DNA of 64,000 nt from Phoronis australis (lineage: Eukaryota > Animalia > Phoronida): positions 131,401-195,400 of the forward strand of contig NMRA01000247.1 in assembly GCA_002633005.1 (NCBI GenBank). The letters are read 5' to 3'. Below are positions 25,691 through 41,042 of the stretch, in pieces. A model generated the notes under the pieces. It was not told the DNA's origin. It saw only the letters and a program-made list of their open reading frames with translations, and searched no databases. Position 1 is the stretch's first letter. Each line of letters begins with the position of its first letter. A program made the position numbers and the translations under genes.

Positions 25691-28600
25691 CATACGTTCC
25701 GTTGCCTGTGCATGTTCACGGCGCCTCTCTAGTATTTCCTGATCAGTGTATTGCTCTTGACTAAGTCGGAATTGGCGCTGGGCGAGTTGCCATGTACTGA
25801 GACGTTTATTATTCTGCGTTCTGTTTCGAAATGAATTACTCTCATCCTAACCAATGCTTATATAAAACTGAAACAAATTCTGTCTCATTAGAAACAATTT
25901 GCAATGCCTTTGTAGTATTTGTGAATGCAAATGTTGAGAATCCAGCAATGAATAAACCCCTGCGTTACCGACTTTTGATGCCAGCAATAAAGGTAATTGA
26001 CCGGGCACCGAGGCCATGTGAGTGCATGCTAATCCAGTGTTTGCTGACAGAAAGCTGTTGCGAAACAATTACTCGATTTTGTATTGGTCACCTGTTAGGG
26101 GAATCTTTCTTTAGAAATACAATTCAAATCATTGTTACTGTACAACTTTTGCCCCGTGACGGTCTGTGGAAGGTGAACCCGTCTTCGTGGCCCCCCCCTT
26201 CAACAAGTAAATAGATTTTCAGTTTCGTGGCAAATTCCCATAAATAATTACGTGCACATTATTTCTTTGGCTCACTATTATAGTCTTTTCGTGACTGGAG
26301 GTTAAGTTTCCAACTCAAGCTGGTATATGTTCGTGCCAGTCCCGGCAGCCACGACGGGCCTGATCAAGTTCCGAGCCACTGGCCGGGATAACGAGTCAGT
26401 CCGGCCGCGACGGGCCTGATCGGGTTCCTAACCACTGCACATGGCCAGGATAACAAGCGTTTTGTGTGTTTAGAACACAGATCTAGGTTCTCCTGTCTGT
26501 ATTTCATGGAAGAATAGTTCAAATTTATCTCAGAATAGACCCCAAACTCCTGCCATGGACCTTGGTAAATTGGCCTGCCGAACTTTGTAGGTTATTGTGT
26601 CCAAATACCAATAAATCCGTAACATTGAAATAAAACGACACGTTTTTATAAGAACTTGGTGTATTTTTAAGGGTTTTGCATCGAAGTTTGATGATTTATT
26701 GTTGTTAAACGATGATTAAAGCGATAAGCTGATAACAGTAACCCGTGTTGTGAACTGCTGAACAGACTGCGTGTGAAACCAATGATGTCATTGGATAATT
26801 TCAATAACTCTGTCTACCGTCAGGTGTCAGGTAACGCATCCAAACGTGCCGTTATCGAGAAGAACTACTCGATCGAAATTGATACAAAATAGGTTGTTTT
26901 TTGGGTGGCATTCTCCTTTAATAACTGTTAGAATGTTGTATAATTTGTTTAATGTACATGAATGTAGATCACCAAGGTGCAAAAGGTACCTGCTCATTCA
27001 ATGGCTTTATTACAGGTGGAGCTGGCTACATGCAATGAGGCTTTACCGCTAATAAATAGAATGTGAATAATGATAACTTTATAAGTGTGAACAAGAATGT
27101 ACAAAACCATTGAAGGATCATGGAACACAAGTAGATAATGATCTCATCCAAAACATGGGGTTATTGGAATTAGGGATAAGAAGGGGATTGGCTGAACTAT
27201 GGATCAAAAGGTGGCACTAAGCTAGGTTATGTAAGACAACCTGGCATTACAACAGTGGAAGTATGAGACACTGTAAACAAAGAAGGTTGTTACTTGAGAA
27301 TTTAGAAAAAACAAAAGTTATTTAAACAAAAAATTGTATGTTAAGAGATACAAAGTTTGATGTAATCTTGCAGGAAATCTGGGAGGACAATTAGTGCAAC
27401 TTAATGTGTAGGGCAGTTTTAGCAATTTGATGTGTTACAGTTTCTTGTTTAATCTGTGGGTCTATCCAATTGTCCTTTTGTGACTGTCATTGATTGGAAG
27501 TATTTGTTTAAGTGCGAATCCCTATCTGATGATAGATTAAAAGTTTTATTGTAGTATGTTAGTAGTTTGTGATAGGACTTTGATCGTAACTGTTCATCTC
27601 ACTAATCATGCAATTTCGCCAGAGATAAAGAGAGAAAACCATGTGATTGGGCGAAGCGCCACCTCATAGTGGTAAAGTCATTGGATGGGCTGGTACCTTT
27701 TGTATCTTCAGAGTTCTTTGACAGATTTTCATGAAAAGGAGGTTTCTATTTAGGACAACAAGGATTTTCCATTTTCAAATGGATTCAACGTACTCTGTGC
27801 CACAAAGTGGCGTTGACCTAGCAGTCTGCTTGCCAAACTAAGGAACTTTATGAAAATTGATGTTATGTTCCTGCTGATAAGCCCATGTCTAATTTTGATT
27901 TTCTGGTGTCAGACTATTGTGGCATCTTCTTGTGGCATTCTTTGGTATCCACTTCTTTGGCCAGGCCCAACCATACCCTCAGAAAATCATTATGCTTTAG
28001 GTTTGGGATGGCGGCACTGTTACCATGGTTTTGGGGTGTGTTACTTAACCACTTGCAGAATGAATGCTTGGGTTTGGGCTTAATTGAGCCAACACAGTAA
28101 GGCAAATTTCACTTAATGATAAAACTTGATGGGGAGACTAGGAATGTTCAGGTGATTGGATGACCAGTGCAACCCACATTGCTTGTATTTGTTAAACCTA
28201 ATGTCTTGATTACCTGGAGCCACGTGATGTTCATGATAGAGTTTTTCTATTCTTTAGTTAGTTGCAGCAAAGATTGGTCTTAAGGTTACATAGGGTTCTA
28301 GAAAATGTGAAAATTTGGCTATATTTAGATCATCGTATCACAGAAATATCTGATCACTGATGTGTTCATATGAAACTTTCCGATACTATGCTTTGTTTTT
28401 TACACTGTTTTCCAGGAATTGTTTTTAAAATGTTTTACTTTTTGCATGAATGGTTATTAAATTTTTAAAAAATATCACTTCACTTTCATGATTTTTGCAT
28501 AATACAAAAACAAAATTGTAATTTAAAAAACTAACAGCGTTTCTGATATTGAAATCTTGAACATTTATGTTGTGAAATTTGGCCATGTCATTGTTACCAT

Positions 28601-29061
28601 TGTGTTGGTAGAAACGTACCTTTCTTTTGTGTAGAAAAGATATGAGTCACTTGACTCAACTATCGGGAGTTTGGCATAAAGTTAAAATTCAAATTGTGCA
28701 GGCCTTCTATACTTTTGTAGATATTTGGTTTAATACTCATATTTGTCGATATGGTCCCTCATAACCTTTACCTATCTATACTGCCAAATTTATACACTAT
28801 AACTGGTATTTCTTACCAAAAATGTATTCACCTGGAGCATACTACACTGGATAAAACTGTAAATACCAGTGGTACACCGCAATGGGTATATGATGACTAA
28901 TGCCCTGAGCTATGAAAGATAGGATGGTGAGTAATTCGCACATCTGGCATTCGAATCCTTTTGTAGAGGTAGAAAAATGCATGGCAGGTTAGACCTAGTT
29001 TTTGATAATGTGTAATGGTTGCCGACGCAGTTCAGTGTCAAGTGGGACAAATGAAAAATGA

Positions 29062-29376
<315 letters not shown>

Positions 29377-30121
29377 TGAGTTTCATTATTTTCATAAAAG
29401 AGCAACTAACCACTGTAACTGTAATTAAGGAGTCCTTTTCCAAATCATTAATGTTTTGAAGGTTTGATAATCTGAGAAGTGCCAGATTGTGCTTTTGCAA
29501 GACATTACCATAAATGCACCTTCTTGAATTTCTGGTTATAAGAAGTTTCATTCATCTTAATTCTACTCAAAACTTTGCGTCATGGGTATTTCAAATACTG
29601 TTTTCAATGTTACTTTTTTCTTCACAATATGTAGCTTTAGTGCTTTCTGAGGGGCTGAAGTTTCTAGTCTAGAAAATCTATTTTGGGACCATATTTTTAT
29701 CCACAGCCAAAGGCGAAAGGATACTGTAAAATGCTAGGTGTCATTCCACCTGCTGGTCCATAAATAGAAATGTTCTGTGCTCATCTACATTTCTCATTGG
29801 GTGTTCACTAAACTTTTCAAAAATACACTTATGAAGGGCCTTCACAGAATATCAGTGTTTTGTGATTCAACTTATTTTGCATTATGTCCCATTCTTGATT
29901 TTCACACATGCATGTAGGGAAACATTTTTCTGTGTGCAACTCCTACAATTTTTTACCGAATTGCGACCAAAATTCACTGGGATTATATCATCCTGAAGAG
30001 TTCTAGTACACGTCTTAAGTGTTTCATAATTCAATCATATTTCCTTGGTATCGTCGGCATTTTGCGATTGAACCGTATTTCTTAGAATTATGGCTTATTC
30101 TTGATTTTCACGCATGCTTTC

Positions 30122-30250
30122 CTTTTTTTCTTAGAAATTACAACTGCAGTTTTCATCACAACATTAGGCACTCACAACAGCAGTAACCCCAGCCAGTTGT
30201 GACTGCCTTGTTGTGATGAAAACTGCAGTTGTTATTTGTAAGAAAAAAAG
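30122..30250. repeat. Fold-back inverted repeat (~55-bp arms, short loop)
   Basis: CTTTTTTTCTTA.AAAT.ACAACTGCAGTTTTCATCACAACA..AGGCA.TCACAAC followed by its reverse complement. Confidence 0.85.
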
Positions 30251-31435
30251 AGTGCCACGTAAGTAAAACAGTCTTTCATGTTTTCATCAATTGCCAAGTT
30301 TGCTTTTTTGTCATTTTTAAGCGTTTTTAGCACCACGAATTCTCACAACTTCTCAAAATGTTATCTGATGGTAGCTATGGTAACACTGAGTTGGTGCTAC
30401 TTTATGGATCATTACGGCGTTTTCCCGTTGCTCCCAACTTTTTCGATTCTATAGCCCAACAACAAGTTGGGGAGTTTACCCCTGTAGCCAATATATTTCA
30501 GGACTGATTCTGGCATTCATGGTTGGAGGGCCAGCTCTCTTTTGTTTGATAATTGCTCTAATCTTCAAAAAGATCGTATCTAGCCTGACTGGGCTGTGCT
30601 GTTAAAAATAAAAGTTAAGTTATAACATATTTGAACATAAACCAATAGCATTTTTAAAATCCTCGTCTAATGGTGATCATGTTTAGTTTTTGAATCGCCA
30701 ATCGCCCAACTGCAACTGAAGTTACGATAATCTATTCTTTCTGAATGTACCAATTCGCTCTGGGTTTGATGGTGTTCGCACGTTGTCTGTAATAAGCCTG
30801 GTAGATAATTGGCCTGGTTGTTGTCAAAACAGACAAAAGACTGTGCTTGGCAGTTAACAAATACGCTAGATGTTACCACATGCTCAGAATCCCCTTCGTC
30901 TGGTAAAGTCACTGAACGGGAAAATGCTGTCATGTATGTAAAATTGAGAACATAACTTTTCGCTCGTTCGTCATATTGTTTCTTTAACTTCATGAAATTT
31001 CATTATATTTAGGAATTGTCATTTCAGAAAAACATGTCTGAGGATCAATTGATGCACTGGCATTTAAATCTTTGTGTACAGGACCTGTGGGTCACTTTAA
31101 CTTTGCATTTTTAGTGTTAAGTAATGGACTTTTTGCTGCATAAACCGTAATTTTATAGATAATGGCGCTGTTATAAATCAGGCTATTGGTATGATGTAAG
31201 TAAGTCAGAAACATTATTTTTACATAGTGCTCTCAAGTTTGTGCAAGATCCCTCCTGTTAAGTGACAACTTTTGTTTTCGACTGGTAATCCTGCTCAGTG
31301 CATTACAGCTTTTGCACTGCTGACAGAAAGTCCTGGGCTCGAGTCCTTTTGGGACAGAGATTTTTTCAGAAACTATGTGCCTTGATATGACCAACATATG
31401 GCGTGCAAGAAGACTAACGATTCTTACTTAAATAA

Positions 31436-31801
<366 letters not shown>

Positions 31802-31885
31802 TAACCCTGAAAAGTAAATGTTGGACAGGGACGTTTTACTCCCTGGGCCTCCAGCTAGACGAGTTCACCTGTACACTGAGAACTG

Positions 31886-32952
31886 GGGCCTGTTCCAAGA
31901 AGCTGACTTAAAGGCGAAGGCAACCTTTTTTCGTGTCATTTTTTAGCAAAAATAAGGTTCGTTGATTATTCCAGGCATATTTTTCATTTAATTACAGCTT
32001 TTTGGGATTTAAACAATTACTTGTCCTTTACCCCGGAAGTGATGTTTTGGGAGGCAAGTATTTTGCGCCAATGTCTTTTAATATAGTCTGACTGTAAGAG
32101 CTGCCGAGTCAGTTATTGCTTTACCTCTGTTGTGATTAGTTCTGTCATCGTTTGCTTTTGTTTACGAGTCAGTCAACATGCTACACTGTTGATGCGTACC
32201 GAGATGTACTCATTATCATCTCCCGGAACAACTCCCACTGGATGGTGACCTGAGCACACAAACTGCTTACATTCCGCAGTGTGTCTCACTCGCCACACAC
32301 CTGGCACCTTGTAAATAGCCCCAATACTTTATACAAGTCCTCAATAAACTTATCAAAGTTTGTCTCACCCATTTATTCATTGGACGACGAACTGTCCTCT
32401 TCACTGGGTGTCGAACGGGGCAGCAGGGCTGCTTACAGGCTCTGGGCGATAATGAGTACATCCCAGTACGCAGCAACAGTGTGGCATGTTGACTGACTCA
32501 TGAACAAACAACGACCGAACTTGTCACAGCCGAGGTGTAACAATGACTGACTCGACAGCTCTCATAGTCACACTATATGAAAAGAAATTGGCGCGAAATT
32601 CTTGCCTCCCAAAACGTCACTTCTGGAGTAAAGGACGAATAATCAATTAAATTACGAAAACCTGTAATTAAGTGAAAAATATGTCAGGAATAATAAAAGA
32701 ACCTTATTTTTACTAAAAATGACATGAAAAAAGGTTGCCTTTCCCTTTAAGTTCATTTTTGACTTAAGTCTAAGATTTGTCTTAACTTCCAAACTTTGAA
32801 ACTTCCACATTTGGAAAGTTAGTCAAAATCAAGACAACATTTAGATCATACACTTAAGTCAAACTTAAGATCTCTTTCTTGAATTGGTTTTGATACAAAT
32901 TTAACTTTTACTTTAAAATTTACTAGCTAAGTCAGTTGTGTTGGAACTTGCC
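31886..32952. mobile_element. Older MITE (GGCC-terminus, Harbinger-like) interrupted by the Kolobok MITE
   Basis: Left end GGCCTGTTCCAAGAAGCTGACTTAA versus reverse-complemented right end GGCAAGTTCCAACACAACTGACTTAG. Internal CTTAAG repeats. Confidence 0.5.
31912..32746. mobile_element. Kolobok-derived fold-back MITE with TTAA TSD
   Basis: TTAA at 31908-31911 and 32747-32750, AGG...CCT termini. Both ~300-bp inverted arms are homologous to the left end of the 42402-44098 element. Confidence 0.9.
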
Positions 32953-33498
32953 AATGTTCTACAAAAAAACAAAAAAAATCTATGGGTGGATATAGTGCCA
33001 TGCTTGGTCTAACTCCCAATTAAGAGGAAATCAGGGCTAGTTCAGTCATTGGGGCACGTTGGGAAATTGGTCATATCTGGCACAATAGGCAATACTGAGT
33101 GTTGGTTCAACGTGTCAAAGTTACATGTTGTTCATGGTTTTTTGAATTCAAAATAATAAATTTCTGATTGTGCACATCAGATTAGAAAACAAATTTAAAG
33201 TTATATATTGATTTTTAATCACGAAGTTTTAGAATTGCATGGATACATCAAAAAATGTTTTCTTTAAAAATACCAATCACATGATTATAAACTGATTTTT
33301 TGACATTTTAAAGCAGATTTTTTCAGTTATTGTGGTTTTATGTATTTGTATGGGTTGAAGAAGAAAAGTTATTTGTTGAAAATGTGAAATGACTTTATGA
33401 TGGCTGACAATTACCCTAGTGAATTTTCTAAAGCAAGGATTTTAATTTGATGTTCATAGCATGTATCCTTAAAGTTTTTCATTCTTTTGTCTTTACAG

Positions 33499-33619
33499 CC
33501 TGAGAATATCATGATCAAATCACCTGGCTCAACGGAAATCAAGCTCATCGATTTCGGCCTATCGAGAAAACTGAACTGTGGAGAAGTCCGAGACATGGTG
33601 GGGACGCCGGAGTTTGTAG
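33499..33619 (+). CDS. DAPK1: DAPK coding exon 4 (PEN, DFG, activation segment)
   Basis: TTTACAG acceptor; PENIMIKSPGSTEIKLIDFGLSRKLNCGEVRDMVGTPEFV; donor G|GTTAGT. Confidence 0.96.
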
Positions 33620-33859
33620 GTTAGTTGTGGAGACAGTTTAGAGAAGTGTTCTTAATTTAAGTTGTATTTTTACACGATAAAACAGAAGTAGCTAATTTGT
33701 AGTGTGTTCACTTTTGAGATTTGACTTCTGTTGATGTCTACTGCAACTGGTATGATCTACTCACTTTAAACTGTTATTAATGGCACTTCATACTACATCA
33801 GTCTGCGTTGGTACATTCATGGGTTGAAGTTGCCTGGCAACCTGCTACTGTCCATCTCT

Positions 33860-34240
33860 GCTTGTATTGTGGGTCATGTATTTGACATTGCTCAGCTCAC
33901 ACAGTATCTCAAGCAACTTACTTTGGTACTTAACTGGCTCCTTGATTGAGGGAATCTCTTCGCCTTGAATCTTGAGTTGATTAGTGATCCTTATGCTCAG
34001 GGTATTCCTTAGTTTGGACTGCACCCATTTCACCTATGTGTGGGCCATAGTAGTTACTTTAAGGAAATCCACGAAGTTTGAAATTGAAAAAAGCAAGGAG
34101 CTCAACTGCATTCTGGGACATCTGTGCTTAGCTTCTTCCACCTTATTTAGGAATGTGCAATATTGCACAGCCTGTGATAAACCCCTTCTCAAAATAGGTC
34201 GCCTGTCATTAAGGGGCTGGGCATGAAGGGCAGTCAAACT
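33860..34240 (-). mobile_element. Highly decayed RLE-type (Hero/R2-like) non-LTR RT fragment
   Basis: LKIQGEEIPSIKEPVK resembles the post-RT FxIxGExIPxIxExPxK motif. Upstream FVDFLKVTT resembles FMDDLTVTT. Confidence 0.45.
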
Positions 34241-37200
34241 GCACTACTAAGTGCATTATAATATCTCACAGTATGTGTATGTGTGTGTATTGTGGTAGTG
34301 TCACGGTGCAATATTTCTTTTGATGTTGGATTGAACCATATGCACTCACTGGATGAACGCGGGGGTACACCCATTAAACAGTTGGACTCCATAAAAAAGT
34401 TTTTCCTGGAAACACCACCCTTTTCATTCTTGGAAACAGAATTTTTTACCCATTTTACCAGAAAAGTGCAAGAAGAGGTATTATGTTTTCAAAAATGAGT
34501 ACCCTACATCATTTGCATCAAAGGTTATCAAAATATAGACAATATTAAAGACCATAGAAGATTTATGAATTTGGAAACGAAATCTTGTATAACTTCAAAC
34601 TCCTGAAATGAATCCTTTTGTTGGGCATTTTGTCGAAAAAAAAACTCCTTTTCATAAGGAATATTGTCAGAAAAGGCACCCTTTCATTGGGAAACTGATC
34701 TTGAAGAAGTCCCCCTCCCCGAGTGACACACTGACATACCGCATATACTTATTGTGTGGGAGTACTCCTGGGTCAGCCACAGGCAGGTATGCTTGGTATT
34801 CTGCTTTGTCTGAAATGATTGGCTGGAAATTGAGGTGGTATCTCTTTATTCATCCACAAATATTTTATGGTCGCATATAGTCAGCATCATGTCTGTAGTC
34901 TTCCCATCCTTTCTTCGTGGTATAATCCATCTCCAGATACTTATGTTCTTAACTAATAATTTTGTATTGGAAGGGAATACGCCGGCTCTCGTTTATTTTT
35001 TCCAACTAGAAATATGTGGTAGGGATTTTCAGATTGATTTGACTACTTTAGCCTCACCATTTGGCAATTTTTGTTCTCAGTGATAAATACATTGTTCATT
35101 TTTGATAAAACAACTGGACAAATTTGACCAAGCCTTATGCTGTTGTATGTGGTGTGTAGTATTTGTAGCAGGTGGTTAGATGTGTATGCGACCACCTTAT
35201 GGCGACATGGGTTTTTGTCCAGGTCACCAAGCAAAATGTAAGAGCGCATTAGCGACCTTTAGGTCACCAGATCTAGACTTGTCTTATGTATGAACATGTC
35301 GGTAAACTAGTTGCTTATTATGTATGCTGTCAGTCTTCTGGAGAGACCCAATAAGAAATCTTTCCTCCAGTGGTCAAGATCAAAACAGGGCAGAATTATT
35401 CAAGGGATTCAAAAACTTCACTCAGTACCAAACCTCATTCCTTCCAAAACATCCATGAGTTTCAGTTGGTTCAGTAGCGCACCTTATCTTTCACTGTAAC
35501 TGCCACAGTCGTCTCAGAAGTTCGAGGCTCTTCTTGGAATGGTCCTAATCGTGCCTTCTTGACGACTTCTTGTGTCTTCTAATTACGTGACAGCATTCCT
35601 ATTGCTAAGCCTGCTTGTTATACTGCGTAGTGCACCTGCAGTCACCCAGTGTTTTATTGACTGCTGCATCTGGTGGTGCTTCTTTCAAAAAATTGTTAAT
35701 GGGGCTATTCAGAAAATTAACATTAACTGGAGGGTGCACGTGTACTAGTGGTGATAGATAAGCAGCCTCGATTTCGATGGGTGAAAGGGCCTGCAGCCGT
35801 GCCAACTGAATCTGAGATTGCGTGAAGAGGGTGCTTCTATGCAAGGAAGTAAGCATGACCTTACATAAAGGTAAGGTTTGTGATTATTTTAACGATTATT
35901 CCATGTTTATTATACTGATGCCTGTTAACTGAGGTACTCGCCGATGTCGACTTTGCGGCAGTCGCCATGCGGGTTAATCTTTGTTTGTTGTGATATGTGT
36001 TACGATACTTGACGTAGCAGTGGGGATCTTTTCGTACATCAAAGAAGTATTATTGTTTGGAATTATTTCTAACAGGCTTATCAGTGACAGTTACATCAAT
36101 CAATGCTGAATGTTTATGCTGTCAACTCGATATTGGTTAGTGAGTTACAATCCAAGCCCAATGGCAAAGGGTACTTGACAAATATTCATTAGACTGTTTA
36201 CTCTCTATCCTATGTCTTCCAGAAATCTATTACCCGTTGAAGTGGAAATCTATCATGTCTGTTTTCACGTGACCATTGGTTTTTTGGTTTGAGGGCTTGT
36301 ACCGTGCAGAGGAGATATGCATCACTTCTGTACCGTCCCTGAATGGTCAAAAATTGGTTTTAAGCATTTGACTGTAGCTAACCAGCAAGATCTTCCCATC
36401 CAGTGCAGATCTGTTGTCAGAGGCTACTTTCTGTATCAGAGTCAACGAGCAAAGCTCTTGAAAAAGGAACAGCTGTTTTTTAAAGACAGGTATATAAGTG
36501 GTTGTGTTAATTTACTTATTCAGGTCCTTAGCAGGGGAGTGGTATAGGGGGTTGCGGGGACGGATCCAGGATTTTGAGTTAGGGGGGCCAGGGCACAGGA
36601 TCAAATAACCAGAATTTTGGCACATGTCCGTGCCCAGCCTAAAATGTAGGGATGAAGGGGTCTCAAATTTTTGGGTTTGTGGACCTTGTTACTAAAAAAA
36701 AATGATAAACGGGCTTTGTTGAAGGCCCCCCCGAAGCCCTCTGAATGCGCGCATATGCTATTCAGCAAGTCACACCTGATCTTCCAAATGTATCTGGCCC
36801 CCCCAAATCCGCCACTGGGTTGGGGTTGTAAAATTTGGTGCAACTGAATGTGTGGAAATAACAGGTAATACATGTGTGGGGAAAGAGCATGGTGAGGTAA
36901 TTCTTAACCTTCATGAAGTTTCTTCAAGTTGATATCATGAAAATGTTTTGCTATCAATTGTAAAACCTTTAAAATATATTACTTTTTCTGAATTCTCAGT
37001 GACTGAATATTCTTAACTCACGCTTTGAAATGTTGCGAGTCGTTTATTAATTCAACTGACTGCTGTTTTTTTGTGAAAATTGCATTTGCGATGGTGCCTT
37101 ACGATTTGTAATTACTCTTAAACAACAGAAAGATTATCCATCATTTTTAAATGACCCAAGTTTTCATATCTTTTATTAGAAGAAAAATAAAAAGTCTGAG

Positions 37201-39907
37201 AAACGGTTCCCTCAGCCTTAGACTAGAAGTATGCTTGACAGACCCATGAATCTGTAATCGGAGTTTAAAATTGCCATCACCATATCATATTTTTGAAAAA
37301 CAGGGGTAGCATTTTTTACCCAACCTGGAGTACTTAATTATTCATATTTCAATATTTGTTCCAGGTTCAGTGACATTTTAAGGCCACTTCAAGCCGCAGC
37401 ACAGACAAGCTTTGTTTCTCCTTTCTCTTCGCACAGCATTTCCACACACCAGCAATGCAGCATGGCAATATGTACAAGTCAGTGGCCCTAGAGAAATGTG
37501 AATCGCAGTACTAAGTTACCATAAGACAATGTGCCAGTGGATTGTTTGTGTATGAAGAGGAACTGCTTCTGACTCTTACACAAGTCAGCCTTGTTGGTGA
37601 AGATGCCCTTTCATTGGCAATCAGTCATGTGTGGAGAATAGCTTATTTCCTTTCCTGGAAGAAACGTGAGGGACTGAAGCTAAAGAAGACCTAGTCACAC
37701 TCTGTCTAGTTCAGGGTCAGATTTTGGGCACAAAACGAGTCAAGTGATATGCTGTTGCGTGTGCCTTCAAGGATCTAATTGTGGATGTTATTGAGGCTGA
37801 ATGAGGTTACATGAAGGAAAGCCACGTGCCGAAACTGGACCTTTTTACAAGCGCTTCTATAGGCCATTGAAACTAGATTCCATTGAAATGGAAACCAAAA
37901 GCATCTGGTATAAATACCTGTCCTTTCTCACTGAGTGACATTAATTTTCCTTTCAGAAGAAAGGCTTTATACTAATGGTAAAAACTTTTCAATTTGGTAC
38001 ATATTATGGGGAAATGACATTCAGTGACTGCATCGATTCTGATTGTTTTATTGTCAGCAGAAAGCTCGTTAATGTTGCACTTTGATGATCGAATAAATTT
38101 TTCATCAACAGGCAAGTTTGTCATTTATTATTGAAACCACAATATTTCTTCAGTTTTAAATCCCCATACAGTGCAGTTGAGCTTATTCTTTATAAAGCTG
38201 AAATGATTACCGAATACGCTTGCGAATTGTCATTTTCTTGTTGACCTATAGAAATGTGCAGCGATCAAAATGAAGTATTCCCTTTGTTTGCATTTGATTT
38301 GTTTGTGTGTGGAATTATTTTTAGAGCTTTCTTAAGAAGGCCTTTGAACAATTTTAAGTTCTGTGTCTACGAACAAAAGTTCCACGTGCACGAAAAGTAT
38401 GTTTTCAATTGTAGCTAGCTGGATAAGAATCTGCTATGCACAAGATTCGAGAATAAGCAATTATGAGTGTATATAAAAACCAAACGGGAAACTGAACAAC
38501 CACATACATACAACGAAACAGCATTGTTAAAAACAATTGTAATTTTCCCAATGCAACGGAGTTCATAATTAGGTTCAATTCTCTCATTCAGGTTATTGCT
38601 GAAGGATTGCTTTTCACTTTGTCCAAAGGAAGGTAAAATAGATGGTCAGGCGGCAGGTTTCAGTCGTTTTCTTTCACCTGTAACAGAATAGAGAAATATT
38701 AGCATATTATAAAAGAAAACACAAGACAAAACTACTTTTGTAAGGCAGAACATGCTTGACATTTCATCTTCATGTTTATATGCAGATACTAATAATCTTT
38801 GTACCCAAGTCTTATTTAAGATCTGAATTAAAATATGTGAAACAGGCTAAAAGTGATTTAACAATGTGTATTTTTCATGACACTTAAAACGTGCTTCTGA
38901 TCTCAACAAGTAAAATTCATTCTAGGTGTCAATTTTTATTCCAATGCAATGTTATGACATTTACTGAATAGCTTATTCATGTTAATTCGATGACTAATCT
39001 GGGGTTCGCTATAATATAAGGAAACTCACTCATCTAGAGAATTTTATTGGACATAGCATAGTTTTGAAGAGAAACTGCAGTGAAAAAAGTAACCCTTAAC
39101 TTCTGAGCGTCACGTACCATAACCTCTTATATTGGGCGCACTCCCACCCAGGACAATGTGTGACTTATGAGCTGCGAGCTTACCCGGCATCCGAGTTCCG
39201 GGTAAGTTTCCGAAAAGAAACACTTAGTTCCACTCGATAAACCCATTATTCAGTGGGGTAACTGGTGGGGATAACATCACCGAACGATGTCGATAGAGAC
39301 TGATTGCAAAAAATTACCAAGTAACGTTGTGTAGTCTCCAGTGGAAATGCATAGAACACACACGGGGCTTTGGCATCCACGCACTTTTTGTCAGTTAGTT
39401 GACCCTTTTGACCGCAGTTCTCCACAAATGTAGTAACCTTAGGTGTTTTGGGAATTTGTGACTACCTGTTGAAGATTTGCACCAAGGAAAATAGCAATAA
39501 TAAGGCTTAGCGCGACGACGTATTTTGATAACAATTCCGTCTTTTTACCAGCTGTTTACATGCAGACAGCGACGCATGCGCAATTCAATCACGACTAGTA
39601 CAGCAGGGACACCACAAGGAAAATTCTCTGAATAGCCCCATTTCACGGCACTTGGTTATTTCATTTATGAATTGCTCAATACTTAAGCTTAACATTGCCA
39701 TAGGTACTGTATCTATGGAGGCTGACTGCAATTTTTAGCTGTACAACAAGAGCATTCAGAGTGCTCTAAATAGGAGGATTCTGTTGTCCCTTGCTTTAAA
39801 GATAGTCATAGAAATTGTGAGCATGTTGGAATGTGCTCTTTTGGGAACATCATGATTATATATTAGTTTGTTTTCCTGTGATTGCGATTAAGTAAGTGTC
39901 ACGGTGA

Positions 39908-40027
<120 letters not shown>

Positions 40028-40814
40028 TAAGTAACCGTTTGTTGATTTGTATTTCTTTATCAGATACAGTATAAGGGTGGTAATCCAACACACGTAAGGG
40101 CGTGCAAAACACATAGTTACAAGACCAGCTCATCATCGACCATCATCATGGTTAGCAAATATACAGCAAATTTTCACCAAAATGGAGCACATTAATATTT
40201 TATTTTCTTATTTTTCTGTACACCCATTAGCGCAGAATAATGGTTTACTATTTTGAAATTCTCTGCTATTGAAAAGTCTTGCGCATTCACAACAATGATG
40301 GAAACCATAGAAAAACTCGAGTACTTACTTTTGTACAAAATTTGTGCTGATACTCTCTTCCGTTTCATTTTCAGCCACTATACTAAAATTTCACCTGTTC
40401 AAGACACAATATGGCCAGCAAGTGGAATTTTATTATAATATTTCCCTTGAGAGACATACCCCACCAAATTGATGCTTTTCAAGGTTCAACATCTATACCG
40501 TAGCTACCATCTGATAAATGTTTTTTAAAAAAATTTGCGACTCACAACAATGTTAGAAGCAATTGATATCATAAAAAAGGAGCAATTTGGCAATTATTTT
40601 TATCCGAAGTTGGTGAGACTTTATGGTATTGACATTGCTTTGTAATGTAGTTGTGCTGTTCGTGATATCACTTTTACTAGTGGATCGGCACTTTCAGTTA
40701 TCTCTGAACTGGCAACTGTTTTTTTGATTTATATTTGGTGCTGTATTATTTCATTGTCTTGTTTTTGTTTGAATTAAAGGAATTAACATTTGTAAATGTG
40801 TGTTTTATTTATAA

Positions 40815-41042
<228 letters not shown>

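Noticed and set aside
35701-39640. One 3.9-kb element bounded by GGGGCTATTCAGA.AATT inverted repeats
   Set aside because: The flanks (TAAT vs ATTT) are not a matching TSD; these may be ends of two independent Sola2-like MITEs.
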